Assembly (NCBI RefSeq): GCF_028641065.1
Contig: NC_073408.1
Location: forward strand, 3,596,001 to 3,660,000
Length of the DNA stretch: 64,000 nt
Direction of reading: 5' to 3'
Origin: Leucoraja erinacea
Taxonomy: Eukaryota
The position numbers and the translations under genes are program-made. The notes under the pieces are model-generated. The model was not told the DNA's origin and ran no database searches. It saw only the letters and a list, made by a program, of their open reading frames with translations. Below, piece by piece: positions 34,727-49,281 of this stretch (position 1 is the first letter of the stretch; each line of letters begins with the position of its first letter).

Positions 34727-36440
34727 TTTCTATTTGCTAATGTTTTTTTTTGCCCATTATCTTTTTTTTAACCCGAGTGGTCTCTGGTCATTTGCCACTT
34801 TCTTGCCCCCTTAATCTGCCCAGATTCATGGTATGTAACATGGAGGTTTGAGCCTGCTGCCCAACCAAATGTTGTACTTGCAGTTCCACACTTTTTTGGA
34901 TGACAACTTGATTCCAAAAGCCAGCTCTTGATCTTCAAGACCCTGACAGGGCACATGGCCTTCCTGTTGAAATGGAAGATGTCCAATGATGGCTGAATGT
35001 CTAGAATTGTCTCTTAATACTATTAAAATTCACCAGAAATTACTGTTTTAAAAAAAAAAAGAGGGTACATAGATTTAATTTTAAATTGATTTAAGGCACC
35101 TAAATACATTTTTTTATATATCAAATTATTTTAAATGCAAGTCATCTGAATCTTGCCCCTTTCCCTCGGAGCATTGAATAGGGAAGACTGATTCTGTACC
35201 TGGTTGAACTTTCTGGTTGAGCAGACAGGTTTTCCTTGGTGTAGCTGCTGCTTAACTGATTTATGTTATTACTGGACTTCATCAGCAGTCGTTTGTTAGA
35301 GCACAGGGGGTGAGGGCCTCTTTTGAAAGTTCAGGAGATCAGAATTGGCTTAAGTGGTTCTCAGAAGTGCTTTGGGCCATAAGTCTGGCTTTCCAACAAG
35401 AACTGCTTGCAACTAATTTAGATATTTATTCAGTGGTTACCTTGTCTATATAACCAATTGTACCTTCAAATACTAAATAGTGTTTCATAAAATCATGCTG
35501 CCTCGAGCCAATATTGTATTGGTGTCTATTGCCATTTCTTTGCGGTCTTAATCTCTCAACTTCCTCGTTATTATTTTATTCTGCCCTTGATTGGCTGTCT
35601 AATTTTGATAAGTTCACAAATTAATTTTAAGATAGTTGATTTTTTTAAATTTTATCCCATGTTATATTAGGGTTTTTATTTGCCAGAAAAATGAATTGTA
35701 GAGGCAGAAAGTCAGTCCCCTTTAAAATGGCCTCTTTGACTTTAAACATCCTGAGTTTTGAATGTGTACTTTACTGAACTAATGGATTTTGAATGAGAAC
35801 TAGCACACATTTAAAACATGTTGAAAATAATTCAATTTGGACAGCATCCATGGTGAGAGAAATGGTTGAGATTTCAAGTTAACTTTTAATCAGAATTACC
35901 AAATGAATCCAGAAAAGTTACGGAAAATGATGGTGAATGGTCACTTACTCCCAGGTTGCATTGTCCTAGCTGCTAGTAGCATATTGTTAACGTGTTCCAT
36001 ATTGATTCCATATAAATAGAGAACAAGTTATGATATTGGATAATTGGATAAGTATCATGCAGTATATGAAATTCAGAATTGAACAAATGGTCCCTTCTCT
36101 CCAGAGATGCTGCCTATCCTGCTGAATTACTGCAGCCTTTTGTGTCTATCTTCAATTGTTACGTATGCTGGAGTAAAAATAATTGTTGAATTTGGCGTTG
36201 AGGAAATGCAGTACATCGGAATGTGTACATCAGTTCCTAATTCAGAAGTATTCTGAAAATTAGGAATGACAGCATGAGAACGGATCATGAAATACAATGC
36301 ATGAACATAATCTTCCATTTCACAGGTAGTGGGATTGTTTTAATCAAGATTGTCAAAGGTGGGGGGTGGAACTCTTGCTGCTATTAGTAGGTTTAAATGC
36401 TTGTTTCTAAACTTTTTAAAAGTTGTTTAATTGCTTACAG

Positions 36441-36720
36441 GTGGAAGTGAAAACATTCAATACCTTTTTTTGAAAAAGGACTTATGCGGAAGAATATTGT
36501 CTACGAAGCATCAGTGCAAGTGACTGCTTGACTTTTTAAAAAGACTCATACGAGTGCTTGCTTTGATTGCAACGGGAGGACTCGTATATATTGAGCAAAC
36601 TTTATTATCTCTTCATTTGAAGAGGTTTAAACTATTACAGTTTCTGTATGAACATTGGGCTGTAAACTGAACTTGCATATACATATATATTTTATATATA
36701 TATATAAATATATATATAAA
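36441..36720 (+). other. DDX6: DDX6 exon 2, 5'UTR portion
   Basis: Acceptor TTGCTTACAG|G at 36440/36441, continuous with the start codon at 36721. Confidence 0.65.
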
Positions 36721-36929
36721 ATGACCACAGCCAGGACGGAAATTCCCGTTATTATGGGTTTGTCTACTCAGAACGGGCAGTTGAGAGGCCCACTGAAATC
36801 CAGTACAGTCCCAGGAGGTGTGCCACCACAGCAAGTCGCACAGACCAATCAACAGCTACAGCAACTAAAAAATGCCAGCACACTTAATGGCACTCAGCAG
36901 CAAGCACATACAACCAGCAGTACTATCAA
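36721..36929 (+). CDS. DDX6: DDX6 coding exon 1 ([24 protein letters not shown]...)
   Basis: Matches the DDX6 N-terminus. Donor AA|GTAAGT, phase 2. Confidence 0.95.
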
Positions 36930-37179
36930 GTAAGTATCTTTTAAAATCTTTGAATGTAGCTTTATTCTGATTGTGAATGTTTGTCACATTTTTTTGTTGG
37001 ATTATTTTCTTAATGTATTTAATTTTCCTTCTGTTTTACTGTGTATTAGTATGTAAATTGCCAAAGGATTTTGGTATTTAGTTGGAATGTTGAATGTCTT
37101 TTTGGAAATGTCATTGCTGTTGTAATATACCAAAACAAGATTGTCAATTTGCGACAGGAAGATCCCACAGATGTAATTG

Positions 37180-38190
37180 AAATAATGCTCATCTCGCAGT
37201 CATAAGATTTGTACAGCCTAGAATTGGGCTCCTTGGCCCAACTCATCCATGCGACCAGATTTTATAGCAAAGCTAGGTCCATTGCCTTCAATTGGTCCAT
37301 ATTTCCCATCTATTTACCTGTCAAAATGTATTTTAAACATTGCCATTGTATCCACCACCACATATTTCTCTTGCAGCTTGTTCCATATATGCATCACCCT
37401 CTGTGGTGAAATTGCTTTGCGGGTCACAAATTTTTCCCTCTTGCCTTGAACCTATGGCCTCTATTTCTGGACTCCTACCCTGGAAAAAGACAGTGGCCTA
37501 ATCATGATTTCATAGATCTCTATGAGGTCACCCCTCAGCATCTATGCCCCAGTAGGAGCAAGTCCCTGTCCCTCCAGCCTCTCATTGTAACTCAAGTCCT
37601 TGAGTCCTGGTAAAACCTGGTGATTTTTTTTTCTGCATCCTCTGTAGCTTAATGGTCTTCAGCAGAGTGACCAGAACTACACGGATTACTCCAATGTGGT
37701 CTCACCAATTTTTTTGTACAGTTATAGCATGATGCCCCAACACCTGTACTTGATGCATTTGCTGATGAAGGCAAAGATGCCAAATGCTTTTTTCACTATC
37801 CCGTCCACCTGTGCTACCACTTTCAGGAAACTGTGGACCTGTAACCTAAGGTCCCCGTGTTCTACACCACCCCGGTCTTGTCAGAGTTCAGCTCCATCTG
37901 CCATTCCTTGGCCCACATCCCTTGATGATCCAGATTCTTTTGTAAACTTAGATAGCTTTCTTTGCTGTCATTCAACGATTAATCTTGCTGTAATCTGCAA
38001 ATTTATTCAGCACATTAACTGCACTGCTATGTAAATCATTAATATAGATGACAAACCACATAAATTCCTGTTGGCCATCTCTGGTCACAGATGTCCAATC
38101 AGTAAAATAACCCTCCGCTACCACCCTCTGACTCCTTCCACCAAGCCAATTTGAAACCTGGTGCCTTTCTCACCCTGGATCCTCTGTGAT
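37180..38190 (-). mobile_element. Decayed CR1 LINE in a DDX6 intron
   Basis: Reverse-complement CR1 RT C-terminus and 3' tail. Confidence 0.7.
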
Positions 38191-39226
38191 CTTGGTTTAG
38201 TGTTGGTGGTTAATGGATAATTAGTGGCAATGGTGTCAACATAATTGATTCTATTCGCTCTTCTTGGGTAATATTAACCTGTTCAACATCTTTTAATAAT
38301 TAGTTATGGCTATCATTTTTCCTTTCCTATTTTGTCACCTTTAAATGGTGATCATTTCTTATGTGATAATTCCTTAAGTTTTTTGCTCATTGTCATGCCA
38401 ACAATCTTAACATTGCAGTTACTTAATTATCCTACTTAATATCTGACTGCCTTTTCCCTGTTCTGTAATCTTTTCCAAATACCATCTGGTGCTTTTATCT
38501 AAGAACATTTTGGAAATAGTTTTATGTAACCACAGATAAAAAACAAAACCGTAATTTGAAATTATTGACTATGGCAAGGTTGTAGGAGAGTTCTGTTTCC
38601 CAAAGTTATCTCAATATTTTTGAAGTTTTTAGGTGACTTTAAATTAGGTAACTCCCAGCGTAAAATTATTTTTCCTGTCAAGACTTTGGCTAAATGTTTT
38701 TATTTAATTGCATTAATATATTTCTGACATTTGAGCTGTGAATTATGTGAAGCACTGTTATCGGTATTCTCTGATTTCCTTCATTTGCCATAAGATTTTT
38801 TGAGGAAGAGTAGGGCGTAGAGAGCCAGCAGTTGTACCCTTCTGAAATTTCCAGAAATTAGAAACTACAAATGCGAGAAATGCATAGAATCTCAATTGTG
38901 CATTCTATAATTTGTTGTAAAAATATATATTCTGCTAAAAGCAGTAATAATTTTCCTTATTTACTTTATTTTGATACCCATTACTGTGAAAGGTAAAGGA
39001 TTGGGATTATGCATGTATATGGGTCCTGAGAACCATTTTTTTAAAATGTAAAAGCTCATGATTTTATCGGCTCCAACCTTCTCTTCAGCACTTTTCTTAG
39101 CTTTGTAATTATAGTGGTCACCCTGCAAAACTTTGAGCTGAACATCTTCCTTTTGTGCCTTAACAAAACTTTGGGGTTAACAAAAATGGGGCTTAATGTA
39201 AGCATTTTGTCTCTTATTATCTATAG

Positions 39227-39290
39227 ACCAGGTGATGACTGGAAGAAAAGTTTAAAGTTGCCTCCAAAAGACAGGCGGATGAAAACTTCG
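39227..39290 (+). CDS. DDX6: DDX6 coding exon 2 (PGDDWKKSLKLPPKDRRMKTS)
   Basis: AG/GT bounded, 64 nt, in frame. Confidence 0.95.
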
Positions 39291-39659
39291 GTAAGAAGCC
39301 TTGTAACATGCCTGCTATTTTTCTCTAATTTAGACTGTTCTAAATTGCCTGTTTGTTGCCTTTTTAAATTGTCACGAGTCAGGACATTGTGAGTAATATT
39401 TACTGATAATAATAGTTACTATTGTTAAGTCTCGTCTCCATAAGGTAGAGTGACAGATAACTAGTCATTATTAGTGCTTCTCTGACCTTGATTTGCACAA
39501 CTAATTTCTGTCAATTTAGGGCAGGCAATTGTATTGGTTCAGTTCTTAAACAAATTGTATTGGTTCGATCATTTATCCATGTGTCAGAATATGACATAAA
39601 ATTCCACAGCTAAAGTTTTAATGGGCTTTTCTAGTAACCAGTTTTGAGAAGATTTTGTA

Positions 39660-40455
39660 TTGCAGAAATAATCCTTGGAGTGTAGGAGGATTAGGGATAA
39701 TCTTGGAGGTTTGTACAGCCATGAGGGTAATAAATAGGGTGAATGGACAGCTTTTTGCCCAGAGTAGGGGAATCACGAACCATAGGTTTAAGGTGAGAGG
39801 AGAAAGATTTAATAGGAACCTTAGGGGCAACTTCTGCTTCTTGTGTATGGCTTGCTCAGCCTAAAGTTGAGGGACAACTTGTTCTATTTGATTGTGCACG
39901 CCGGGTTGATTGCATTCGTCGAAACAGGGCGGACCACGTGAAGGTTGCAATCTTCCACCCCAGGGGCAGCGTATTCACACAAAAGATGGTGGGTATATGG
40001 AACAAACTGCCAGAGGAAGTAGTTGAGATGGGTATTATCACAGCATATAATAATAATAATAATACATTTTATTTATGGGTGCCTTTCAAGAGTCTCAAGG
40101 ACATCTTACAAAAATGTAGCAGGTAGAGGAAAAACATGTAAGGGGAATTAAATAAATAGTAGAGACATGACTAGTACACAAAGTAAAGACAGAATTCAAT
40201 ACAAAACACAATATGAGGCAATTAATGCACAGATGAAAAGGGAGGGGGACGTGGGGCTAAGGATAGGCAGAGGTGAAGAGATGGGTCTTAAGGGGGACTG
40301 GAAGATGGTGAGGGACACGGAATTGCGGATCAGTTGGGGGAGGGAGTTCCAGAGCCTGGGAGCTGCCCTGGAAAAGGCTCTGTCCCCAAAATAAAATATA
40401 AAATACATTTGGACAGTTACATGGGCAAGAAAGGTCTGGAAGGATATGGGCCAAA
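39660..40455. mobile_element. Old CR1 (+) with nested short retroposon (about 39830-39961) and L2 tail (-, 40047-40389)
   Basis: AGGGGCA is duplicated at 39823-39829 and 39962-39968. L2 peptide GDRAFSRAAPRLWNSLP on minus. Confidence 0.75.
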
Positions 40456-40779
40456 CACCATTTATCCACTGAGTACTCCCACTGTAAATTTGGCTTTGTA
40501 GTGAGAAGTATTTAAAAATGACTTTTATTCTTGTGTGTCATGCATAAATTAATGATGTTTTAGAAAGTACCTCTATGATAACCATGGTCCTTGCAAGGAT
40601 TTCATTGTTTGATTTTCACATTTTCAAGATTTATTTTACTCCTGTCTTGCATATTAGCTTCCAATCTAATGCTATTAATCACAAGGTAGCCCAAATGATA
40701 ACATTCTATATTGTAACTACTGTAACATTGTATATTGACATGTGGCAAAATCAGCTTTGTTATTTCTTTTGATCTTTAG

Positions 40780-40884
40780 GATGTAACTGCCACAAAAGGA
40801 AATGAATTTGAAGATTATTGTTTGAAGCGCGAGTTGCTAATGGGCATTTTTGAAATGGGTTGGGAGAAACCATCTCCAATCCAG
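40780..40884 (+). CDS. DDX6: DDX6 coding exon 3 (Q motif GWEKPSPIQ)
   Basis: AG/GT bounded, 105 nt, in frame. Confidence 0.95.
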
Positions 40885-41236
40885 GTATGGTATATCCCCT
40901 TCATCTTGTATTTGCAGCCGTGCTACAGAGTTAATTCATCTCTCCAATCCCTTATTTGCCCTTATTTCTCTATTTTTTGCAAATTACTTGTTCTTGCACA
41001 TGCCTATCAACTCCTCTGATTCTTTTTTGCCGTTAACCTACACTGAAAAGTAGTTTGCACGGGCCAATTGGTCTACCAGCACATCTTTGGGCTGTAGGAG
41101 AAAAATTGCTTTGAGATTTGACCAAACCCACATCACAGGAGCTGTGGTGCCCAAAGGATGGTGAGATATTGTACAGATTGGCTACGGTGCATGAATTTTT
41201 TTATTTGATTTTATTATTCTCAACTCTGTTTCTCAG

Positions 41237-41366
41237 GAGGCAAGTATTCCAATTGCATTGTCTGGCAGAGATATATTGGCCAGAGCCAAAAACGGAACAG
41301 GTAAAAGTGGAGCCTACCTCATTCCATTACTTGAAAGGCTGGACCTGAAGAGAGACTACATTCAAG
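41237..41366 (+). CDS. DDX6: DDX6 coding exon 4 (motif I AKNGTGKS)
   Basis: AG/GT bounded, 130 nt, in frame. Confidence 0.95.
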
Positions 41367-42126
41367 GTTTGTGTGATTTCTGTTCACATCTTCAATGTTC
41401 CCCCAATGTCACCCCTTTCAGTAATTCCAATTAATTTAGATGGTAAAGGGCAGGCAGGAAAACCACTTAGGGCAATATTCAGTTATGAGTGCTGATCAAG
41501 TAGAGGTTTCTGGGATTTGTAGTCGGAATGCAAACTGTCACACCATGGGTTGCTCATCTGGATAAGAAAAGGAGAAACTGGTCAGGAGGCAGGACAAAGC
41601 ATGGCAGTTAATAAAGGGATACAGGTGGGGGGGGGTGTGGCAGTTGATAGACAGATGGATGTCAGAGATGAAAAGACTGAGACAATTGAATTGAATTGTG
41701 AAGCTAGAGGAAGGAATGTAGGTGGAAAGTGAGGATAGGGAGAAATGAGTGCAAGTCAAGGTGGGGCATGGGGAGAAGGGTTTGAGGAGGTGTATGTTCA
41801 GGAAAACAGAATTGTTCTTATGCTTGTCAAAATTATTTCTGGGTGGTAGGTTGCCTCTTTTATGGCAGATTGAACATGCCTGTTTGATGTTTTAAACAAA
41901 GCAACCTGAATTTTGCCAGCTCCAACATAGAAAGATTCATGCTCCAAGAACTAATATAGAATGTTGCTTGACATTGCAAGCAACATAAAATCCTCTGGAA
42001 GGCAGCTGTGAAGTGAAGTCCCCATTGTTGGATAAACTTGACTGCTTTTGCAAATATTTGAAATGTTGTTGTTAATTATTGAACATTTTCATTTGATTTA
42101 TCAATTAATATCAGCTATGCTGATGA

Positions 42127-42336
<210 letters not shown>

Positions 42337-42802
42337 TAAACTAAGATTGTCTGGTGTTTTAAAATCGTCTTCGGACTGAAAAAGGGTCTCGAGCCAAAAC
42401 GTCACCTATTTCTTTTCTCCAGAGGTGCTGCCTGACCCGCTGAGTTACTCCAGCATTTTGTCTATCTTTGTTGTAAACAGTATCTTGTTTTTGTTATATC
42501 TTTAGACAAGTATTTGTTAATTCCTTTTTTTTTTTTACATGTTGGGTAATGGCAATTTAATGCTGAAAGAACATTGAAATATTAAAACGAGCAGCTGGAG
42601 ATGGCCATTTAACATTGTCTGTATATCTAATTGTTTATATTCTGGCACATTAATATACCCGAAGGCATCTTAACTGCTTAGTTGAACAATCCACAAACCA
42701 GACTACCATTTGTGTTATTGTTACATTAAACAAGATTGCCAATCTAGTTAATCTAGTGTCCTTTGTCGTTAGTTGTGAATGTGTACTTGAAACTGCTGTT
42801 AA

Positions 42803-42925
<123 letters not shown>

Positions 42926-44002
42926 TAATTAAAAATGCAATGTTCTTCCTATAACATTCTAAAAGAGATTAATTTGAAATTTAGAATAACTCTTTTGGGT
43001 GCAGTTGTATATTGTAGTAGTTTTATTCATCTAGAAGTCTTGATGCACTCTGAAATTATCTTCACAGAGAGTGCTTATGTTAGTTGACAAGTAGATAATC
43101 CTCTGTCGAGCATTTATGGAGATAAACAGTTGGGTTTTATTCATTGACCGGTAACAGCAAGCCCACTAATTTCACCTTTACCACCCTATCCACAGGATGC
43201 TGCCATTTACTCTTGCATTTGACTTTAAAAAATGCAATGCCTCTTCTCTAAATTAAATTTTATTTTAATAGTTTTCCAACTAATCTTTTATCTTCTGGCA
43301 TCCTTTGACAAACATTCTTGCTGTCTGCAACTTGACTAATTTTCATGTCATCTGCTGCATATCTGAATAAAAATAGAAAATACTTGCAATATAAAATACA
43401 GACCTGAAATATTTTTTCCATAGGTGTTATCGGACATGAATGTTTCCAGCATTTATGTTTACATTATAATTGAATTTTATTACTGGGTGATTTCAGATCC
43501 CAGTACAATAGTAATGAATTTACATTTGGTTTGATTAAATCTAGTATTGGTAAAGGTGGCCATCAAACTACTGAATTATTGTAAAGCAAACTGTAAAAGC
43601 TTGTGTTTATGTAGGTTTGCTTCAACCATCCCAATAGTTCAAGTTTGATAGTTCTTTTAACTGTAATAATTAACGGTATGATAACAGCATTGAGGAGCTT
43701 TGGGGATGTATTTTCTTTTCCATGCATACCGCATCTACTTTATCTCAATTACTTTATTCAAAATATTTTTGTGGAAAGTCTTGCTTTGTACATTAATAAA
43801 TTGATACTGTATGTTTCTAATATTTCATTAGCGAGCCTCTTCCATAATGTGACCAATTATTGAAAAGTCAGCAAGCCTGAAGAGTTGTCCCTTTATTAAT
43901 ATTTTGTCCTATTCATTTTTTGACCTCTAAATACCTGATTTAGCAATTCTGTTCTGCAATCGCAAAGTTGTAACACTGAATCTTCCTGGATTATTTATTT
44001 AG

Positions 44003-44152
<150 letters not shown>

Positions 44153-44744
44153 TAATAAAACTCGCCTCTTCAGTTTAAAACTTGTTTCTGCCATCCTATG
44201 TAAGTCTTAATTTTTGCTATTTCAAGGTAATCTCAGTCAGTATACCATTGCCATCTGCTTACCATTTTTTTTAAGCTGGGAAGAAAATTGAAGATAGTGT
44301 GGAGCTTGTTTTCTGCAAGTTATAATTGGCACCATTCTTGACATTTTGCCAAGAAGCATCATGAGAAGAAATGTAAAATAGTTCTTCATTATACAATTGC
44401 ATAATATAATGCTGATGAAGAACTTGCACGTTATTTGTAGAACTCTTACCTATAATAATAATAATAGAGCCTGGTGTCTGTCTTGTCGTTGAAGGATGAT
44501 GTGGAGGACATCCTTTGGGTTAGTCCATTTTGTTCCAGTATGCAAATACCCGAGTAAAGCTGACGTGAGAACATTTTAGATCTGATGCAAGCAACCGAAA
44601 GAATGGCCTTCAGTGATTTATTATTGAATCTCTATTTTGAGTTAACATTTCATTTAGAGTCCTATTTTGGGCTGCTTTATTACATAATTTAAACTGATTT
44701 TAAGCAGATAATCTGAAGTACAATGCACTGACTTGTCTTGGCAG

Positions 44745-44873
44745 AATTCGCATTTACAGAAACCGTACGAAATTAATCTGATGGAAGAGCTAACATTGAA
44801 AGGAGTAACCCAGTACTATGCGTATGTTACTGAACGGCAGAAAGTGCACTGTCTCAACACACTCTTTTCTCGG
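44745..44873 (+). CDS. DDX6: DDX6 coding exon 8 ([16 protein letters not shown]...)
   Basis: AG/GT bounded, 129 nt. Confidence 0.95.
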
Positions 44874-45670
44874 GTAAGAGGGTGCAAGTGTTTGATTTTC
44901 AACATTAACTGGGAGAATAGCTTGATATTTAGCTATGTTGGAGTTGTACAGCATAAACAAGCCCAGCAGCCAACAACCATGTTTTGATTAAAATTGAAGC
45001 ATGTGTTCCGAGCACAAATGCAAAATGAAAGTTGATGTAGAGTAGTTTTGAAGGACAGTAGCTTTATCCAAGGTAATGTCTTCAGATAGTCTGAAGAAGG
45101 GTCCCGACCTAAAGCGTCACCTATCCATTTTCTCCAGAGATGCTGTGTGGCCTGCTGAGTTAGTCCAGCATTTTGTGTGTATCGTTGGAATAAGCTAGCA
45201 TCGACAATTCCTTTATATTACTCTGTTATTTGGTAGAAGAGGAGAGATGTCTATTTTGATCAGTAATCAAATGATTGTTGCCTCTGATACATTTCATCAA
45301 AGGCTTGCACCAGGAATCACTTTCAAATTATTTTTTTGCAGCGGAAGGAGACCCAGTGAATGAAAGTTATTAAGAATCGTTCTATTTTAGAAATTGAAAT
45401 TGCAGGATGCAAGTCCATAGGGATCTGTAGGAAAACATGAGCGTTCTGTACAACCAGAAGTCAGACTGGCATTGTTTGTGTTTATTGCTTACTCTCTGTT
45501 TTAAGAGCAGCATTGGCAAGATTGTAGATCAAATTGGCTGCATCTCAATGTGATTAAGAGATTGATTTGAATAGTGACAGCTGAGTGAGAATGAAACATG
45601 GTAGTTATAAATCGGTTTAGCATCTTAAAAAATTGTCTTGCATTGTACTAACAGATTTTATTACTTTCAG

Positions 45671-45787
45671 CTTCAGATTAACCAGTCAATTATATTCTGC
45701 AACTCTTCCCAGCGCGTAGAGCTGCTGGCCAAGAAAATCTCTCAGCTGGGTTATTCCTGTTTCTACATTCATGCTAAAATGAGGCAG
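45671..45787 (+). CDS. DDX6: DDX6 coding exon 9 (motif IV IIFCNS)
   Basis: AG/GT bounded, 117 nt. Confidence 0.95.
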
Positions 45788-46318
45788 GTGAGTTAAAAAG
45801 AACACAAATTGAAGATGTTTGCTCATGAACTGATGAAAGCTGTTAGATGGATTTTGATGCAAAGTTTTTTTTTTTCATTTCAATGTGATCAATATACATT
45901 TGTGATTTGCTATAATATGTTGAATCATTTTAGAAGGGCATGGGGTGGGAAAATAAGTTCAGTTCATATTTTCTTTCCCATTTAATAGCAGATGGAGGAT
46001 CTGGAACCAATCCATTTAAATACAAAATTAAGGGGTCCAAGTATCTTGGTTTTCTACTATTTCTCTCATCTCTCCACCCCCAAAGTTTTCCCCTATTTGC
46101 TCCTGGGAGGCAATGTTCCACAAAAGTCTGTTTTCCAGTGCTTGAAATGCCTTGAACCTGTGGAGATCACGTTTGGAAAATAATTTGACCATCAATATTT
46201 ATTACAAGCTTTTATTTTCCTATAAAATACTCACATCAAGATTTCTCATCGTCATTGGGACTAGAGTTTGTTTGGTGGGACTTGTTAAGCTTGGCTTAAA
46301 ATGGAAGAATTTTAATAG

Positions 46319-46590
46319 TCTGAAGAAAGGTTTCCCGCCTATTTCCTTCGCGCCATAAATGCTGCTGCACCCGCTGAGTTTCTCCAGCATTTTTGTCTAC
46401 CGTAGAATTTGAATAGGGATTCCTTTATATAGAGAACAGACACAGAAAGCTGCAGTAACTCAGCGGGACAGGCAGCATCTCTGGAGAGAAGGAATGACAT
46501 ATCTCCAGAGATGCTACCTGTCCCGCTGAGTTACTCCAGCTTTTTGTGTCTATCTTCGGTTTAAACCAGAATCTACAGTTCCTTCCTACA
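46319..46590. mobile_element. Two adjacent Penelope-derived mini-elements (46319-46403 and fold-back 46436-46590)
   Basis: TSDs AGAATT(T/G)AATAG-type 13-mer at 46306-46318 and 46404-46416, and perfect CCTTTATATAGAGA at 46422-46435 and 46591-46604. Confidence 0.8.
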
Positions 46591-46785
46591 CCTTTATATA
46601 GAGACTTGATTAAAAACTTTGTGATTCTTGCACTTTAAATGATCTTCACACTGATAATGTTAGGAATACTTTGTACTATAAAATAACCAAATTTCTACTT
46701 TAATATGTTTTTAAATATACTGTTTTATAATTTATTTAGAATGAACTCCCATTTGTTAAGTTGAGTTGTCAATTCTTTTCAACAG

Positions 46786-46849
46786 GAACATCGTAACCGT
46801 GTGTTCCACGATTTTAGAAATGGAATGTGTCGCAATTTGGTTTGCACTG
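46786..46849 (+). CDS. DDX6: DDX6 coding exon 10 ([13 protein letters not shown]...LVCT)
   Basis: AG/GT bounded, 64 nt. Confidence 0.95.
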
Positions 46850-47319
46850 GTAAGTACTACAGAAAATCATTTTATTACTTGCAGCAATGAACCATTTTGG
46901 TTGGCTGCTGTTGACTTTTGTGAAACTTCTTTAGTCATTTTATGTGTATTCTTAGATTGCATGGTTTTCAACTGGAAGGGGAAGAGTATTCTAGTCATGC
47001 ACAAAACGGGAAACACCATTTGATCATCTAAGAGAATATAAGTTGTGGGCTTTAGTTTATTAATTCTCAGACATTTAATTACTTAATTTGGTTTGTTATA
47101 AAGGGAGGCGATGACCATTTGAGTAGATTTATGCTGATTACTTTTAAACCCCAAAGGGTGAAGCTCCTAAATTGGGGAAACTGCTGGTACTTTGGGTTTC
47201 AATTATATTGCCAAACCCATAATCATCCTGGAATACTATGTGTAGGTAATGGGTAAGATTCTAGTTCCACACAGTGTCTCCTATTCTCCTCCCCTTCCAC
47301 TCATCAGATACATTTTTAA

Positions 47320-47514
<195 letters not shown>

Positions 47515-47712
47515 TAGCTATTCTTTTTTTCCTTGCTAGGTCCTGTATGGTTTTTTTTTATCGAATGTGTTTGCCAGTGCTTAATTTGTATCAGCAGCAC
47601 CCTGATTTGGGGATTTGGCAGTGTGATAAAAAAAAAATGTGTGTGAACCCAATATTTCCAAAATGATCGAATTAAACAACTGGTATTTAATATGTTCAAT
47701 TTTTGTCTTCAG

Positions 47713-47888
47713 GGCGGTTTGGCCATCTGGGCCTGGCAATCAATCTAATCACATATGATGACCGCTTTAATCTGAAGGCCATTGAGGAGCAGCTTGGAAC
47801 CGAGATCAAGCCCATCCCTGGCAGCATTGATAAAAGTCTGTATGTTGCAGAATATCACAGTGAGCCAGACGGAGAGGATAAACAGTAA
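47713..47888 (+). CDS. DDX6: DDX6 last coding exon ([12 protein letters not shown]...[15 protein letters not shown])
   Basis: Acceptor TTCAG. The 12 coding exons sum to 1461 nt = 486 aa + stop. Confidence 0.95.
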
Positions 47889-49247
47889 CTTCAGATTAAT
47901 TTGGTTAGTATTTGAAAGAATTTTAACAGCACACACTAGTAATGTGATGGTCAGGCTAAGTTTAAATCTAGAATTGATCTCTGAGTTATGCACGCTATAA
48001 AGTGTCCTACTAATCATTCCCCTTTTCAGGTGCCTTATGCCATTTGGGTTCTCCATCTGAAGAGACGGGCCAGGATTCCCTTTTTTGAATTCCTGTTACT
48101 ATTTGTAGGAAAGGTAGTGCGACCTTACAGTAGGCATCTTGCCTTTTTATAGGCAACTTCTTGGCTCATGATGTCCAAGGACCCTTTTGCTTTCCAATCA
48201 GACCCACCTTTATTGCCCACTTAAGTTTCATGAAATTTGCTGAGATCTGTTTTCATTTCAGCCTCTGCACCAAATTACATCTCATTCTCAGTGAGTTTGT
48301 ATTTCATATCAATTCACCAAAGACTTGTTTATCTTCCAAAATAATCTTCTCCAGTTCATGAGCACAGTAACTTCATTAATCTTGCCATTTTATTACTTCA
48401 TCTTCTCATGCTCATGGAGGGCCCTACCTGATTTGATATGTTTGATTTGCTACGGCTTTCATTAAAAAAAAAAATCCCCTTTCAAAATCACTTTGTTCCA
48501 AAATTGATTGGTAACTTTGTGCCAAACACATTTTACCACAACTCATCTCGCAACCATGCTGTTGCCTCTACTTTTAAGATATCTTGTTCGCCATTGATCC
48601 ATTTTCTTTCTTAATTTAGCTGTTCTCTTGCAGCTCTCTGCTCCTTCAATTGCAGAGTAATGTCAGACATTTATCTTGCTTTTGCCATTTTGATATTTGA
48701 CACGATCATGAGAAGCAACATTGTGTTCAACATCTACCCCCCAAAACTGTTACTAAGTCCAGTATCGTTCTAGAATGTAGATTAACTTAGAGTTGCTCCT
48801 CATTGTTAACCATCTATATCCTCTGTCCTCTGCCTCATAAATGGAGGTAATAATAATACATATGAACTTAATTATGAATACATACTAATAACACATAAAT
48901 TAGTAATAATACATGCTAATGATGCATACCAACTAGTGTGACACTTGGTGTTTTTCGCATTAGTTTTCACGTGTTTTCAATTAGTTTTCTGCAGTTCCCA
49001 GATCCCTCGCATCCCCGTGATTAGCTACAGTTCCCAGGTCACCTCATCTGCGTGCACCGGAACAGGCTGCAGTTCCCAGGTCGCCTGCGAGCCCCGGGTC
49101 CAGCTGCAGCAGTTCCCAGATCGAGAAATAGAGAGTTTGGGGGGGGGGGGGGGGGGGGTGCTTGCGGGCCGGAGGATTTTGGGGTACGGGCTGTAGCTTG
49201 TCGATCCCTGCTTTAGTGTTTAGTTTAGTTTAGAGATGCTGTGAGGA

Positions 49248-49281
<34 letters not shown>

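Noticed and set aside
41237-41254. DDX6 QEASIP versus mammalian QEESIP
   Set aside because: This position varies among DDX6/Me31B/Dhh1 orthologues, and all catalytic motifs are intact.
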